Assembly: GCA_002104905.1 (NCBI GenBank) | Contig: MCFE01000502.1 | Coordinates: 1 to 64,000, forward strand | Source: Basidiobolus meristosporus CBS 931.73 | Taxonomy: Eukaryota; Fungi; Basidiobolomycota | Direction: 5' to 3' | DNA: 64,000 nt | Part shown: positions 24,196 to 39,007 of the stretch, one piece after another | How positions within the stretch are numbered: position 1 is the first letter of the stretch | Layout of the letters: each line of letters begins with the position of its first letter | Notes under the pieces: generated by a model | What the model saw: the letters and a program-made list of their open reading frames with translations, nothing else | The model's database searches: none | Told to the model about the DNA's origin: nothing | Program-made: the position numbers and the translations under genes

Positions 24196-26730
24196 GTGAA
24201 CCATTCCTACGCATCATTTATAGCAATAAAAACATTTATGCAGTTCGTAACTTTGGGAATGCTTCATTTTGGGAGATAAATCAAACGTTCAAGTGAACGA
24301 CACCAAGCTCTGCCCTCCAGAACATGAGCTTAAATATATGGCTGCTCCATAGGCGGTTTCCCCTGTGCGCAATCTAGAATAATTAGAAAGTTGTAAATAT
24401 GTTTCCACTAGCATTGGAATATTCAAGGGAGCGAGCGCCATGTTGAAATATCGTAGTTGGTACTATAAAGGGAGCATATGTCAATCACGATTTATTGCCT
24501 TACATGTCATCCCTATACAACCGCCGATAGAAATTCCATGTTGAATATCATTTTAAAGAGGCTGTATTTGAAAGAATTTTATTAATACAGGTTTAATGCA
24601 CCTACTTGGATTCCGCGTATGTATATTAATATTGTATGGATCATCTACTACATATGTCTCCAATTGAGGTGGCTACGTGCTATGTTCCACTCGTAATGCG
24701 CGGAGGTCGAATGATAATTAGCATGCTCAACTTTAAGGCAGTCTTGCCTCCATACCCTCCATACGTTATGTCATATAAAAACTATAAAAACATGCAGATA
24801 TATATCTAAGTTCAGCAATATGAGCAACACTACCCAATTTGCAGGGTCCATATTTGTTCGAACCCCTATGCTAATCCCATAGAAGCCTAGCTGCCTATAG
24901 CTTTGAAGAGTTCTTAGAAAGGGAGAAAATGAATAGCATTTATAACTTCCTGGAATATGGGAATATAGAATGCAAACATTGTGTAGGTGCGTTGATACGC
25001 GTATATTGTATCCTCGAGTTTGATCGTGGTGCTGCACCTTGAAATTGTTTAGAATTTCCAAAAGTGTTTCGAAGATTCATTAGAAAATAGAGTCATGCTT
25101 CGCTGCCAGTACAATTAGTCGACGGAATCACGGAAATTGATCTGTTTACCATGCAGAATCGCATATGCAACACCCGTCATGAACAAAGCATGATACAATA
25201 TGCTTGACCCATGTACAGAAACACTTTCAATCACTCTATTGCTTGTTTTGTCCCCCTCCCCGGACTGGCCCCTACTGGGTCTACCTCGATGCCATGATGA
25301 CATAACTGTGTGGGGGTGATATACTATTAATTATCAAATTATATTTGTTTCCAATTAATGGTCGACGGGACTGAGGGGATCTGGTTCATCAAAATCAATC
25401 AATTGATAGATATAACGCTTACTAGACTGCGACCGATTCAGATCAAGCCAGCACCTCATCAAATGAAATGCTCTAACCGCCAACCTGACTCGGGGAGCAT
25501 GAGGTCCATACGTGCCTAAATACCACCACCGTTTTCCTGCTGACAGCCCTCTAGATTTGCTTGAGCACGAACCTGGGTCGACTTATCGGGAAATCAGCTA
25601 ATTAATGCTGAATAGAAATTCCATTTTGGGCATATATTCCCTGACATGCATGCCGATTTCTTATTGTTCCAGTATCACCACGTCGCTGAAGTTCGCTGGA
25701 TGTGTATTTTGTACCTGTGTATTGTGTGGATCCAAAGGCCATTGTACCCCCTGAGCCATGAAGTTTTGGGAGTTTCTGTTCACCGTGAAATGAGATTTCG
25801 GGTTCTTTTCCAGTTCGAGCCTCGATTTAGCGAGAGCGCGTCCATGTGCTGCAATTCGGGATCTAACATGAGTAATGGACGGCTCCATGTCCAATAGTAC
25901 CCCTGACACTTGCGTCATTCTTCTTCACACAGATTCGGTTTAGTCTGCTTAAGGGTAAATAGGAGTGATCGGAGCTGACTCCGGATGAGGCCAGGGATCG
26001 AAATCTCAATTCGCTTCCGCCTCTCTGACACCAATAATTCATGATAATTGGTCTCATAAATGTTTCAATATCTTATCTCTCCCCAGGAGATAATCGGTAG
26101 CAAGAACCTGATGCCAATTTGCGTGTTCTCATGAACAACTGGCCGTAGGGAAAGTCATGGTAGCCGCATTTGGCCAGTTTCCGTCCATACGATAAATGTT
26201 GCTATATTTCGAACTTCGTGTTGATGGAGTAAGCCCGTCAATCTGGCTCTGGATGCATGAAGAACTAACCAGTAGTCTAGCCTGTTGAGCTCCATCCTCA
26301 CTGCCTGATCCTTGGTAGGTGGTTGGGTCACTAAGGTGAATCTGGCATTGTCACTCTACAGACGGTTGGATCAATGTTTCTCCAACTGACGGAATTAGGA
26401 TTCTTGATGCTTCATTATCTACAATTGGATTCTCAGTCAAAATTGACTGTCCCAAACCAGACATTATTATTTGGGCTATATACAGCGAGTGAATCTAAAA
26501 CCTATTTTATTCAACTATCTCTCATATTCCCCCAAACTGAAGAATAGTGTGACCTTTATTCACTTGATTTGCCTTTTTTTTATACTCCACACGACAGTTA
26601 GCAGCCTGTTGATATTGATATTCTTGTCCAGAACCCTTTCACTTCAGTGAGTGGCCTCCACTCTCATCCTTACTCTCCTACCACTTTCTTCCAGGTATCC
26701 TAGTTTTTTACGTTCCTATTCATTCCGTCA

Positions 26731-29700
26731 ATGGCGAAAAAAACTGGTGGCTCGGGGACCTTGGAACTTGGTGGCTCGAACATTATTTCGAATTGGTTCT
26801 TCATTTGGGTTTTTCGCTTATTGGCTAGGGTGAATACCATTGACGCCGGATTGGAACTGTTGACTTTGAAGAAAACTGAGACCTCCAAAATTGTTGGGTC
26901 TAAGCTCGAAAAAAACTGGCAAAAGGAGATTACACGTTCTAGCATTGGGTAGGGGCTATTCATTCTTCGGTACTCCCAAATCGTCAGGTGACTGATCCCT
27001 TCTCTTCTTTGTTTTTAATCCGTTAGAGTGCCTTCCATCAGACGGGCGCTTTTTGCCACGTTTAGAGGAAAATATTTGTTGATTGGAGTTTACAAAATCT
27101 TTTGGGCTGCATTCATATATCTTGGAGCCTACCTGTTTTTGAAGCGACTGATCCAACACAGTACCAATGTCCTCTCGGAGGAAGATCATTCATCATATGT
27201 GACTGCACACGTTTACGCCGTTGTACTGTTTTTGTCCGCTATATTCTCTAGCATTTGTATCCATCAACTTTCTGCCGAGTGTACGCGTATTGGGGTTCAG
27301 GTGAGTTGGGCACAGTAAATTGCGAATCAAGAGTTGATGTTTAATCCCAATAATCCATTCCAAAGGTTCGCGCTGCCCTCATGGTGCTTATATATCGCAA
27401 GGCGCTGAAGCTCAGTACAGTACAGGGAGGTGTAGGAGATGTTGGTAAGTTATTCCGCTACACCACTGCCTGACTGATTCCTGAGCTCACCATGCTTACC
27501 ATCTTTGTGATCGAAGTTAACTTGGTCGCCGAGGATTGCAATCGGTAACATCATTTTCTCCCTTATATCCTGATATGCGATCTGAGCTGTTTTTCTTTTT
27601 TTTTGGATGTATAGCATTGCGGAAGCCTGCGTACATTTCCATTATTTATGGGGTACAGCATTGGAGATTCTTGGTAAGATAGGATCGGCATGAGCGTCTG
27701 TCGAGCAATCTATTAAACTCCAATATCATAGCTGTGATTGCTATCGCTGCATACGAACTCAGGCTGGCTGCGTTACCTGGTATATTCCAATTCTTAGAAA
27801 CATTTCCATGTAAAGAGGCCCTAATGGGTTTTTTAATTAGCCGTGGCTATTCTTATCATCTTCTTTCCAATTCAGTATGCCTTGGGCCAACTGACCTCAA
27901 GATTGTCAACAGATATGGCTAGATCCACTACCTACCGTGTCTATCTGATGTCGGAAATTTTGACCGCTATCAAGCTGATCAAATTCCATGCCTGGGAAAT
28001 GTTCTTTTGTGATAGGGTGTCGAAGGCTAGAGCGCAGGAAATGGTGCACCTTCGTCGTGGATTGCTTGCGAAATGCTGGAGCGCGCTCTTGATTTTCGGA
28101 ACACCAATTTTACTCACTGTGATATGTTTCGTAATGGCTGAAAAGATTGGAAGCACCAGAGAACTGACTGCTACTCTTGTATTTACCATTCTATCCACTT
28201 TTAACACTCTAAGGTAACCTAGGGTTTATCTATATGGGTGTTTAACCTGCTAATTCTTCCCCCTTAGATATCCTTTCGTTATGCTTCCAATGGCAGTCAG
28301 AACAACCTATGGTACCATCATCTTGTTGGCGTTCTGTGATATTACTATAGAGCTAATACCTCCCATAGGCGCATTCATTTCTTTTGAGAGAATTGATAGA
28401 TTTCTACTACAACCAGAGGTGAAGCCACTCTCATCTCCTGAGCACCCTCCCGCTGACAACAGAACTAAAATCGACCTGGTCGGTATTGTTATTACCAGTA
28501 TCGTCACAGCAGTTGATTCTAAAGAGCTTTTGCATCTGTATAGCAAAATGCTACATTTTGTTGGACCTCAAACTCCGACCCTACAATCAAAGATTTCTCG
28601 TTGAAGGTCAAAAAAGGTGAAATCGTCGCTATTGTGGGAGACGTTGGAGCTGGAAGTAAGATGAGCAATTTATGCATTGCTTGAGGAAGCTTATCTAAAC
28701 ATTCATTTTTTGACCACTCTAGAATCATCTTTGCTCTTGGCGATAATGGTAACATCTCTTGCTTTTTTGCAGTGTCCTGATAAACTAACATGATGCATAA
28801 TCGATAGGGCCAAATTACAAAAACGGGTGGCGCGTTGTCAATATTCGGATCCATTGCTTATGTCCCTTTCGATTCCTGGCTACTGAATGCTAGCCTGAGA
28901 GATAATATACTCTTTGGGTCGCCATATGATCCTGAGAAATACAAGATGATACTGCAAGTATGTGCACTATCCAAAGACCTCGAACAGCTATCGTACGGCG
29001 ATGAAACGGAAATTGGGGAGCATGGGTTCAATCTTACATTGGCGCAAAGGCATAGAGTAAGTTTAGCTAGAGCTGCATACAGCTCAGCGGATATCGTCCT
29101 TTTGGACGATACACTTAGCTCCATGGCCACTCAGACCGGAAAGCATATATTTAACGAATGTATCCGAGGATTCATGAAGGACAAGGCAGTTGTGTTTGTA
29201 ACCAACCAGCCGCAATACTTGCCAGAGTGTGATTTTGTTGTCGTGATGAAATCGGGTATGGATTTCGTGCGAGGAACCTATGAAGAGCTTCTCGCGCAGG
29301 ATTTCAATGTCCGCAGTCTGATCGGAGAGAGTATCGAAATTGAGGATCCCTTCTCTATGGATGATTTTCAACCAGACACGCGGCACGAACAGCTCCCTCC
29401 AAATGCTAAGATCAGACAATCCGACGACAATGGCGAGCCTTCAGCGCAACGTAGTTCAAGCGAAAATATTCCATCCGTTTCTTTCGCCGATCCCCGCAGC
29501 AAGGCATATAGCAGCAACATCCCAAGGGTGAAGACTCTTGGTACTCCAGGAATGTCGGGAAACAATTCATCCCATCTGCTCACCACAAACAATACAGATG
29601 CCAATGAGCTTACCATCCACAGACTGATCGAGCTGAATGCTAGAACTGCAACCAGAGCAGAGGCTACTAGTTCAGCCGATGAACAGACTGTCGTGAAAAT

Positions 29701-32700
29701 CATCGAGCGTAATCAATTGACTGTTATTGGTGGCGGTGCACCACTGATGGGACAGGCATTGCCGAATCGAGAATTAAATAGTATGGCCAAGGCTATCGAG
29801 CAAAACCAGCTGACGATCCATAGTCTTCATCATGGAGTTGGTGGAAATTCATCCGAGGTGGAAGAAAATGAGACACAAGCCCAAAAGCTGTCCAGTATCA
29901 CGAAGTACAAGTACTATTTCCAAGGCAGCCCAGGTGTAACGATCACCATTGCGGTGATTGTGCTATTCTTTGTGGTGCACGCAGTCCGTACTTTCAGCGG
30001 TAAGGATCGTCCATTTGCAGTGGGGCATCGTAATCATGAGGCACTAATAGCGTGTTTTTGTTCCTTGAACAGACTACTGGTTAAAATTGACTGTTGACAG
30101 CTCCGACCCGGATCTCTTGACGTATTATTTACCGGTTTACGCTGGCTTAGGAGTAAGAGGCAGTCTTTGGCTGTAAACCCAAGAAAGTTATTTATCTCGT
30201 TTTCAGGCTGCGTTTTTGATAGGGATTGCTCTCCGGGGACATATTTATATATGGGTGGTAATCAAAAAGACCACTTCTTATCATACTCGAGCTTTGAACG
30301 TAACGATCTTATATTGACTGGAATCTGCTACACTTCGATTACTAACCGATGTCATGTTAGGCTATTATGCAAGCAAGAATGTCCTACTTTGACTATACGC
30401 CGTTGTCGCGAATCTTGAATGTATTTGCCCGACACCAATACCTAATTGACGATTACCTCACTGAGGCTGCTCTGCAAGTATGTTGGATTACTACCATTCA
30501 TAGATGTGGGATGTGGGAGTTTCTGCTTACGATATGGTGTTCTAACGTGATTGATGTTTCTACTAATAGGCTTTACAATTCTTACCACTTATCTTCATGA
30601 CCTTGCTACTGATCATGATCCTGGTTCCGTATTCTATTATCGCAGTGGTCCTACTTCTCATACTAGTCGGGTAAGGCAATTTCTTGAATACGATCGAGCT
30701 TAGATGAGAACTAACAAAACCATCCAGATTTCTGATTTGGTATTCGCGTGTTGCCGAAGAGAATCTCAAGATGCTTGAAGGTACTAAATACATTCTTGCT
30801 GGATCACGTGCAGCCGGTTTCATTAAGATGCTTTCTCAACCCTCGATAGCCTACAGCAAGCCCCAGCTATTTGCACATCTTTCGGCGACATTGGAAGGGT
30901 TGTCTAGCATTCGGGTGTACAAATTACAAACGCGATTCGATAGCTTCAATTTACTTAAAATCGACGTCAGCAGTAAAGCGTTATATGCTAAATCTATCGG
31001 TATGGTCCTTCACACAAATTACCTCAAATGCGACGATGGTACTGACACACTGAAACCATTTCAGTCAAGGCCTGGCTGTCCTTGTATATCGATCTCACAG
31101 CATCACTTTTCGTGTATATTGTGGCATTATTGATATTGTCGGTGCACCGGGAAGGCGGAGCTGTAAAAGAGAGTAAAGTAGGCTTGGTTCTTACCAATGC
31201 CTTACAGTTGCTGGTGTTTGGTCAATGGACAGTTCAAGCATTGCGGGATGTTCATGGATCAATGAGTAACGTGAAGCAACTGGTCGAATTTACTGAAGAT
31301 ATTCCTTCGGAGGTAGCATTTTATGGATATTTGCTAGTCGTCAGTCTCAAAATACTCACTTACTTTCACTAGGCTGCCCTGATGTTCAAGGATGTTAGGC
31401 CGCCTGAAAACTGGCCTCAGGATGGACAGGTGCATACGAATTATTATTGATGATCGACGATGTAACTGATATTGATGGGGTTCCTCGAATGCATAGATTG
31501 AATACCAAAACGTCCTATTGCGATACAACCGGTATGGCGTGGCCGTGTTAAAAAACGTCTCGTTCAAAATCCATGCCAAGGAAAAAGTGGGGATTGTTGG
31601 AAGAACCGGATCAGGTGAGAATGTTTGCTAAATACGTTTGCAGTCGTAAAGCCTAATGGTGTTGTCGCTAGGTAAATCCACTCTTCTTGTTAGTCTTCTA
31701 CGCATAGTAGAAGCTGCAGAAGGGAAAATATTAGTTGATGGCTTAGACATCAGCACTATTGGACTCTGTGACTTACGTAATAAGATTGATGTAATACCAC
31801 AAGGTACCGTTCTATTTACCCTCTAGCTCATCGATCAATCGGGTATTAACATGTGACCATTTTCAGAGCCGGTCCTGTTTGTCGGCACCATAAGATCCAA
31901 CCTTGATCCTTTCGACCGGTGTGCTGAGAATGAGATATGGTCGGCGCTTGAGGCGGTCCACATGAGTGAAAAGATCAAATCGATGCCATTGAAACTCGAC
32001 GAGCAAGTAGTAGGTTTGTATCACAACAGAGCAACCTCTTTCGTGGATATCTGACTGACTTTCGCTGGTAGAAAACGGGAAAAACTTTTCACTTGGACAG
32101 CGTCAGTTGTTGTGCATTGCTAGGGCTATTCTGACGAAATGTAAAATTCTGCTGCTGGACGGTAAGTGCTAGTAAATTTCGGCCACATGCAGATTCCCTG
32201 CCTCATATCCATTTACAGAGGCAACCAGCGCCATTGATATGCAGACTGACCAGCTTGTACAAGAAACGATAAAAAAGAACTTCGTTAATTACACGGTTCT
32301 CACTATCGCGCACCGCCTAAACACTATCATAGAGTCGGATCGCATATTGGTTTTGGACGAAGGAAAGGTCGTAGAGTTCGATACTCCTATTAATCTCCTC
32401 AACAATCCAGAGGGGTTCTTCTACTCTCTGGTCAAACGTAACGGCAATGAATCCCTTCAAAAGCTCCGAAATATGGCGATGACTCATACAACGCAAAACC
32501 CTCGTGCGCAGGGACCCTCTGAGACATCGTCACATCGCAAAGATATCATCCCACCATCGCTTGACGTTTTTAGTCAACACAATAATACCGCACCATCCAT
32601 TTTGTCAAGCAATACATCCTACATTTCTTCGCATAATGGTCAAGACCCTGCTCGGCCTCGCCCGGAGATTTCGCAGCGGAACCAATCGCTAGAGACCATG

Positions 32701-32772
32701 TTTTCGTCGACATCGGGAACACAGCCTCAGCAGCATTCAAACGCTGGGTCCTCCGGTTCCAAGCATACCTAA
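26731..32772 (+). CDS. Full-length ABCC/MRP-type ABC protein (lasso-TMD1-NBD1-long linker-TMD2-NBD2, no TMD0) with a degenerate NBD1
   Basis: Lasso [12 protein letters not shown]; TMD1 [10 protein letters not shown]; NBD1 Walker A GDVGAG|KSS and Walker B IVLLDD; TMD2 [13 protein letters not shown]; NBD2 GRTGS|[23 protein letters not shown]|EATSAID, TIAHRL. Confidence 0.95.
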
Positions 32773-34415
32773 TGCCATCCACATCTACGTCTAATGGAAA
32801 GTTCGACTAATATTCTCCCGTGGTTATGTTTTCTTGTTAATTTTAATTTTGAATATATTTTCATGAAATCCTGTCCTTTCGCTCGAGTACTCGCCTGGTT
32901 AGGACACCGTAGTACTATTTGAATAAAACTAGGTGGGCTTTAAATCACGCCATTGTCCAGTGTTCATTCTGGTGATCTACCTTTCAATACAATACCAATA
33001 TTCCCGGTATCTAGGGGTAAGCTAAACGGTGGTATACTGAAGCATCCATTGATCGGAAAGCTTGGCACAGAGAACATATACATCAAAGTCTTCTAAGCGA
33101 TTTGGCTACGACTTCTGTTTGACAGGCCCCTACATCACAAAGTTGTTACTATACATGTCAATCAACTTCATATGGTACAGCCGATATAGAGAATACTAGA
33201 CTATCTATTTTAAGCGATGCATTGCAACTGGTGGCAGCTAGGAAGGCTTGGCGTGCACATTAGAATATCCACAAGACTAATATCAAATAATAAAGGGCTT
33301 AAGAGATGTATGCAGAATTTTGTGGCTTTTGGACGACTTGGTACAAGGTCTATCTTTTCAACATTTCACAATTCTGAAGAAATAACCCAAATATACACAC
33401 TGAAATCACCAACAGGAAATCATCCAAAACGCTTAGATGAGTTGGAAATGGTATATGCCGTGGTATCACCAAGACTGGTGAAATCCCAGCAATGGAAGCC
33501 TGGGTAAGGATTTTAAGACAACTAAACGATGCATGTGAAGGCAGGTGCCAAGATGACAAAATATTACCTCCGTACTCTCCGAGAAAATTGCGGGTACCTG
33601 TTTGGCTTTGGAGTACAAATGAAGGGGCAGCTCATTCATTGTACTAGACTTGTGCCTTGATTTGAATAGTGGATAATACCGAGAACTGAAGACCAAGTCT
33701 AGCTTGGCATTCGGCAATGAGAAAGCAATTCAGGGCATGTACACGTCGGGAAGGGCAATGCGATTGTTTATATTCCCTTTTGAACATCCGTTGACTCCCT
33801 TGAGGTTCTACCGCAAGCAGTCCATCAATGAGGCATTGGATTAAGCTTAATTCGCATTTGGTTGCTGGCGTAGAATTAGTGATTTGGCAGGGTACGTTGT
33901 TGGTTAATGATCGAGCCAACACGTAGTTCCTAATCCCGAGACGAGAGCGCGACATGATAGGCTATCGATCCGTAGCTCGGCTTATTAATTCCTACAAATT
34001 AGTGTCGATTTGGAATACTTGCGTCAGTTGAGCGAAAATATTGAAGAATCGAAATATTCATACGAATTGGATCGGAAAAATAAGCGGTCTTATCAATGGG
34101 TGTAATCTGATTGTAGGGATTATTCATTGGGTTTAATAGAGTGGATTTTATAAAACATCATACACTTTCGAACAATTGGGCAGTCCCATGGATTCACCCA
34201 ACAAATATGCGATCGATGAGGCCTTCCGTATGATTTAAATCACTGACTTGAGTGAGTGTTAGCAATCTTGTGATAGTGTTACAAAGTTTATTGAGCTTCG
34301 CATTGCCTCCTTCCCAAGATAACTCAGTGGCCGACTAAAATCGTCCACACTCTTCTATTTCGCGACGATACCTACCGAAAGTGCAACTTCTGACTTTGGT
34401 ACTCGCTCTCGCTTC

Positions 34416-37400
34416 ATGGATTTGAACCAATCAGTTCTAGAATTCTTGAAGGCAGCAGCTGAGGTAAGCTCCACCATTTACAGTTTGAATTGAAGGTTCC
34501 AATACGAATATCTTGGTATACCAATCCAGGAACAAGAGGGAACAGATGGAGAAGTGCTGAAGGAGAGAGAGAATGAAGGCGATTCTCCAGGTGACTCACT
34601 GAAAAGCTATGCCACTCTGCCTTTTAATACTAAAGCATTTTGAATACAAGAGCCCGAAATCGGTTCGTCAGTTAGGAAGCTAGAACGGAGGCCTACAATC
34701 ATCGATATCGGAGTGAGTTCGTCACTTGATGCGATATTTCCCGAAGCGAGCAAAGACAAGCCTCTTGATTCCAGTAATCTAAATGAGTACGACTCAAACG
34801 AAACCACAACACCCGAGCAGCGCTCCGAAAGAATCCTACAATGCTCGAAGAAGCTAAAGGCAGCATTCAATTTATTGACCGATGATACACTGGTTGCTGG
34901 TAAATACCGAAAGCTTTATCAAGTGAAGGTTCGTCACACTAACAGAGTGGATTCTTTTTCAGAATTTTCCTGCTCGCTTATCTCTTATATCCTTCTCAAA
35001 GGATACATGTACCTTACCGATCAACACATCTGCTTTTTCGCATCGACCAACCGAAAGAAGCTGGTATGGCCTGGACTACTTGACATGTGACTGAAGAGTA
35101 TAAATACTGACATTTAGCGCAGTCAACCACCGAGCGCTCAGGGTTCCTGCATCTAAAGACCAGGAATATCGGATCATTCAGCACATTCTGGTTTGTACTC
35201 AGAGAAGGGACGATCAGCTACTACGCCAATTCCACCGATATATACTACCCTCTTGACGTGGTAGACTTGAAATATGTTGTTGCTTTGAAGAAGAATGACA
35301 AGAAGAACATCATACAGATCGTTACACCAGAAAAGAATTTTATTATCCAGGCGGATACCCCGATGGCGATGAATGAATGGTTAGTTTCCAAAGTTTGGCA
35401 CGCCTCTATCTGCGTTGCTGTAACCAATATTCGGCATTCCCAGGATCAAGGATATCATTGATGTTGTTTGCACGCTGCGTAACGGAGATGGAATCAAGGT
35501 GAGTTTCTCTATTCGTCTTCATTGCTCGAAATACTCAAGGTTACTTTTAGTTGGCCATCGCTCTGGATCACGTGGTCGACGTGGAGGTAACAAGTAGTTT
35601 TAATCACCACGATTCTCTTTGCATCCGGTGCTTTGAAAACGAGAATTCAGTCACGATAGATGAGGTAACAGGAAACCCTTGCTCATGAAAGGCTTGATCT
35701 GCCCTAACAGTTGGCTATGGATGTAGTACTACTTTACGTACTTTCACGACACCAAACATGTTCGGGACGAAATATATAAGCACCTACCAAATGTGGAGCA
35801 ACCTAACCATCGTGCCACGGCGACCCTAGCTCCGAATGAAGATGAAAAAACCTCGCCTAAATCCAAGCGACTCTCAGGGCTTGCCTCGATTCTCAGCAAA
35901 ATCAACTTCACAGAGGGCCCGGGTGAATGGCTAAGTGAAAGATCCACCTCTTCCAGCTCAAAAACCCGTGATCCAAAGAGTCCCCACCATGATGAATTAG
36001 ACGGGTTTGACCTGCACACGGGCGAGGAAACCCAGGAAAAAGGTCACTGGTGGATCCCAACTATCCCCACCCTTTCAAAGCGTCACCGCTCCCCCGAACA
36101 GAAAGAACACGATCTCAAGAAATTGTTTGCTTTACCAACGAAGGAACGAATTATCAAAGGTGCGCCTTTTATTCTTGATATCTTGGCTTGTTTTGTTTTT
36201 TGTTAAGTAGGTTGAATTCCAGGGTTCAAAGGGGCTTTGCTGCGTACGTTGCCTGTCAGGGGGAAGATCTACGTCTCAGACCACCACATCCTCTACAAAT
36301 CCAAGGTTATTGGGAACAATCTGAAAGTCATCATTCCTTTCGAAGATGTGCATGAAATCCACAAACGCGTTGGAAGTATGATCTTCCCATATGGCATCTA
36401 TTTTTTGACGATTAGTCAGATCGAAATCCTCGTGGCATTCGGCGCAGAGAGTGCGCGTGATGAATTCTTTGAGTTGGTTTCCTCACTTATGGGCCAGGTC
36501 AAGGAAAGGCCAGGATTGTTGAGAAAGCAATCGATGATCTTTGAAGATGAATTGGATACGCATCCAAAACGTCCCATCAACGGGATTCAATCGCTCTCGT
36601 ACCCTGTATTCGATACCAATACAACCATCGAGAAACCCCAGTCTATACATGTCACTTGCCTGACCATCGGAACTAGAGGCGACGTACAGCCATACATTGC
36701 GCTTTGTAAGGGCCTAATGAAGCGCGGGCATCGATGCCGCATCGCTACACACGCCGAATACAAAGACTGGGTCGAAAGCCATGGCATCGAGTTTCGAGAG
36801 GTTGCGGGTGATCCCGCGGAGTTGATGCGTTTGTGCGTGGACAATGGAATGTTTAGTATTTCTTTTATAAGGGAAGGGATATCCAAATTTCGTGGTTGGT
36901 TAGACGAGCTCTTCGTTACAGCTTGGGAGGCTTGTCAAGGGACCGACCTAATTATCGAATCTCCAAGCGCGATGGCAGGTGTCCACATTGCCGAAAAACT
37001 CGACGTCCCTTTTTACTCGTGCTTCACAATGCCATGGACTAGAACACGTAGCTATCCTCATCCGTTCGCTGTTCCCGATCATCATATAGGAGGGAGTTAC
37101 AACTATATGACGTACATGCTCTTCGATCAAGTCTTCTGGAAAGGAACCGGATGGCAAATCAACAGATGGCGCAAAAAGCACCTTGGCTTACCATCGACCT
37201 CTCCTGACAAGATGGCTTTACACAGAATTCCGTTCTTGTATTGTTTTAGTGCCGAGATAGTCCCCCCCGCACCCGACTGGCCCGATTGGATTCATCTTTG
37301 TGGATATTGGTTTTTGGATAACCCGGATCAGAGCTGGAAGCCTCCTCAGAGCCTACTAGACTTCTTGAATGTCACTCCGAAGCCAGTGTATATAGGGTTT

Positions 37401-38063
37401 GGCTCCATCGTAGTACAGGATCCAGAGAAAATGACCAACATAATCATTGAGGGCGTTCGCAAAGCAGGAGTGAGGGCAATCGTTTCTAAAGGATGGTCCT
37501 CGAGGCTTCAGCAAGAAGGAAAGGAGCCCAAAGAGAAGGTGGAATTCCCAGATTTCATCTACTCCCTGGACTCTGTACCTCATGATTGGCTATTCCCCCA
37601 AGTGGCCGGTGTTGTGCATCATGGTGGTGCAGGAACGACCTCGGCTGGTATAAGAGCTGGTGTCCCGACAGTTATTAAGCCATTCTTTGGTGATCAGTTT
37701 TTCTGGGGTAATCGTGTTCAAGACATGGGGATTGGCTTGTGCCTGAAAAAGCTTACAGTTGAAAAGCTCGCACACGCATTACAGACAATCACGACTGACG
37801 AGAAGATCATCAAACGATCTCAAATTGCAGGTGAGAAAGTCAGAGCCGAGAATGGGGTTGAGAATGCGATCAATTACATATTTCGTGATTATGAGCTTGC
37901 TCGACGCCGCACAACGAAATCGTCGGGGCTTTACGAGCTTTCCAAATCACCACTTGCGTTGAGCTTCGAAGCAAGCTCTGATGAAGGTGAGCATATGGAA
38001 GAGCTGCCAGTCCCAAGTCCAGTCAACCATAGTGCATTGCGTAGCGCCTCAGATATACAGTAG
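34416..38063 (+). CDS. ATG26: Sterol 3-beta-glucosyltransferase (GRAM-PH-GRAM-UGT), multi-exon
   Basis: GRAM (LLKGYMYLTDQHICFFA), PH (SGFLHLK...WFVLREGTISYY), second GRAM (PVRGKIYVSD), GT1 motifs TIGTRGDVQPYIAL and PHDWLFPQVAGVVHHGGAGTT. Confidence 0.95.
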
Positions 38064-39007
38064 CTGTGATCGGCATGCATTCTCTAACCAGCCGAGCACA
38101 CCGATATTGTTTTCCATTACGACCGAGCACTAGGAATCCCTTCGCTTCAGAACCTGTGAAGTGACCAGGTGCTTGTATGAATCTGAATGTTTTTTACGCC
38201 AGCATCTCAAACGCCACTAGTTGGTGTCGATCAGATTATTCAATTTTATCACTTATACATATTCAATTAAAACAATACCAAGTTGTTACAAACCAAACAT
38301 TTTTCACAATGAAAGGAGCGTAGGAAAATGCACGAGTCTCTGATCTGTTAGGCTGCGAATCCTTCAATCTGACAGTTGCTAGAATGCTACCATCATTCAT
38401 TGTAAGGGTGTTGGGGTTGCAAATTGTATTGCCCTTCAATGCCAAACTACAATACTAAACACGGTGCCAGGTGCTACTTTCATTCATGATATATCGTTGA
38501 ATATTTGCTTCCAGCGTTGATTTCTTAGCAGGTGCTGAAAGATACCTCAATGGATGTATAGGTGCATATTCAAGTGGCGAAGCTCCAATCGGAAAATGAA
38601 AGTTGAGGCGGGGTGATGCATCATTCAACTCGCATACATTTAGCTTTGCATACACATCTTATCTCCATAGAATAACTATGTCCCGAATTGCTCATTGGAA
38701 TTTTCCTTGATGGTCTCCTTTTTACCAGTTTCTATCTCTAGTGCTTTGTTTTGGTTTACCTCTTGACAGCTCTTGCTCTATTTTGCTTTCTTCGCCATAC
38801 ACGCGTTCAACACCATAGACTTTCCCACTTACAAAGCGTCCCTTCAGTCGTATACTGTGGATATATTCTGTTCTATTTCGTGAGTCAAGTCTTGATATTT
38901 ACCTACGTACCTCAAGATATTCATACTTTAAGGCGAATCTATAGCTAGAATTAAGAGCCACAAGAACCATTCAAGCGTTCTTTCAGGGAACGCTGGCTCC
39001 CGCTATC

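Noticed and set aside
38263-38655. Two in-frame minus-strand ORFs separated by one TAG (possible readthrough)
   Set aside because: No homology, start context or readthrough signal; lies in the 3' flank of ATG26 and is compatible with chance.
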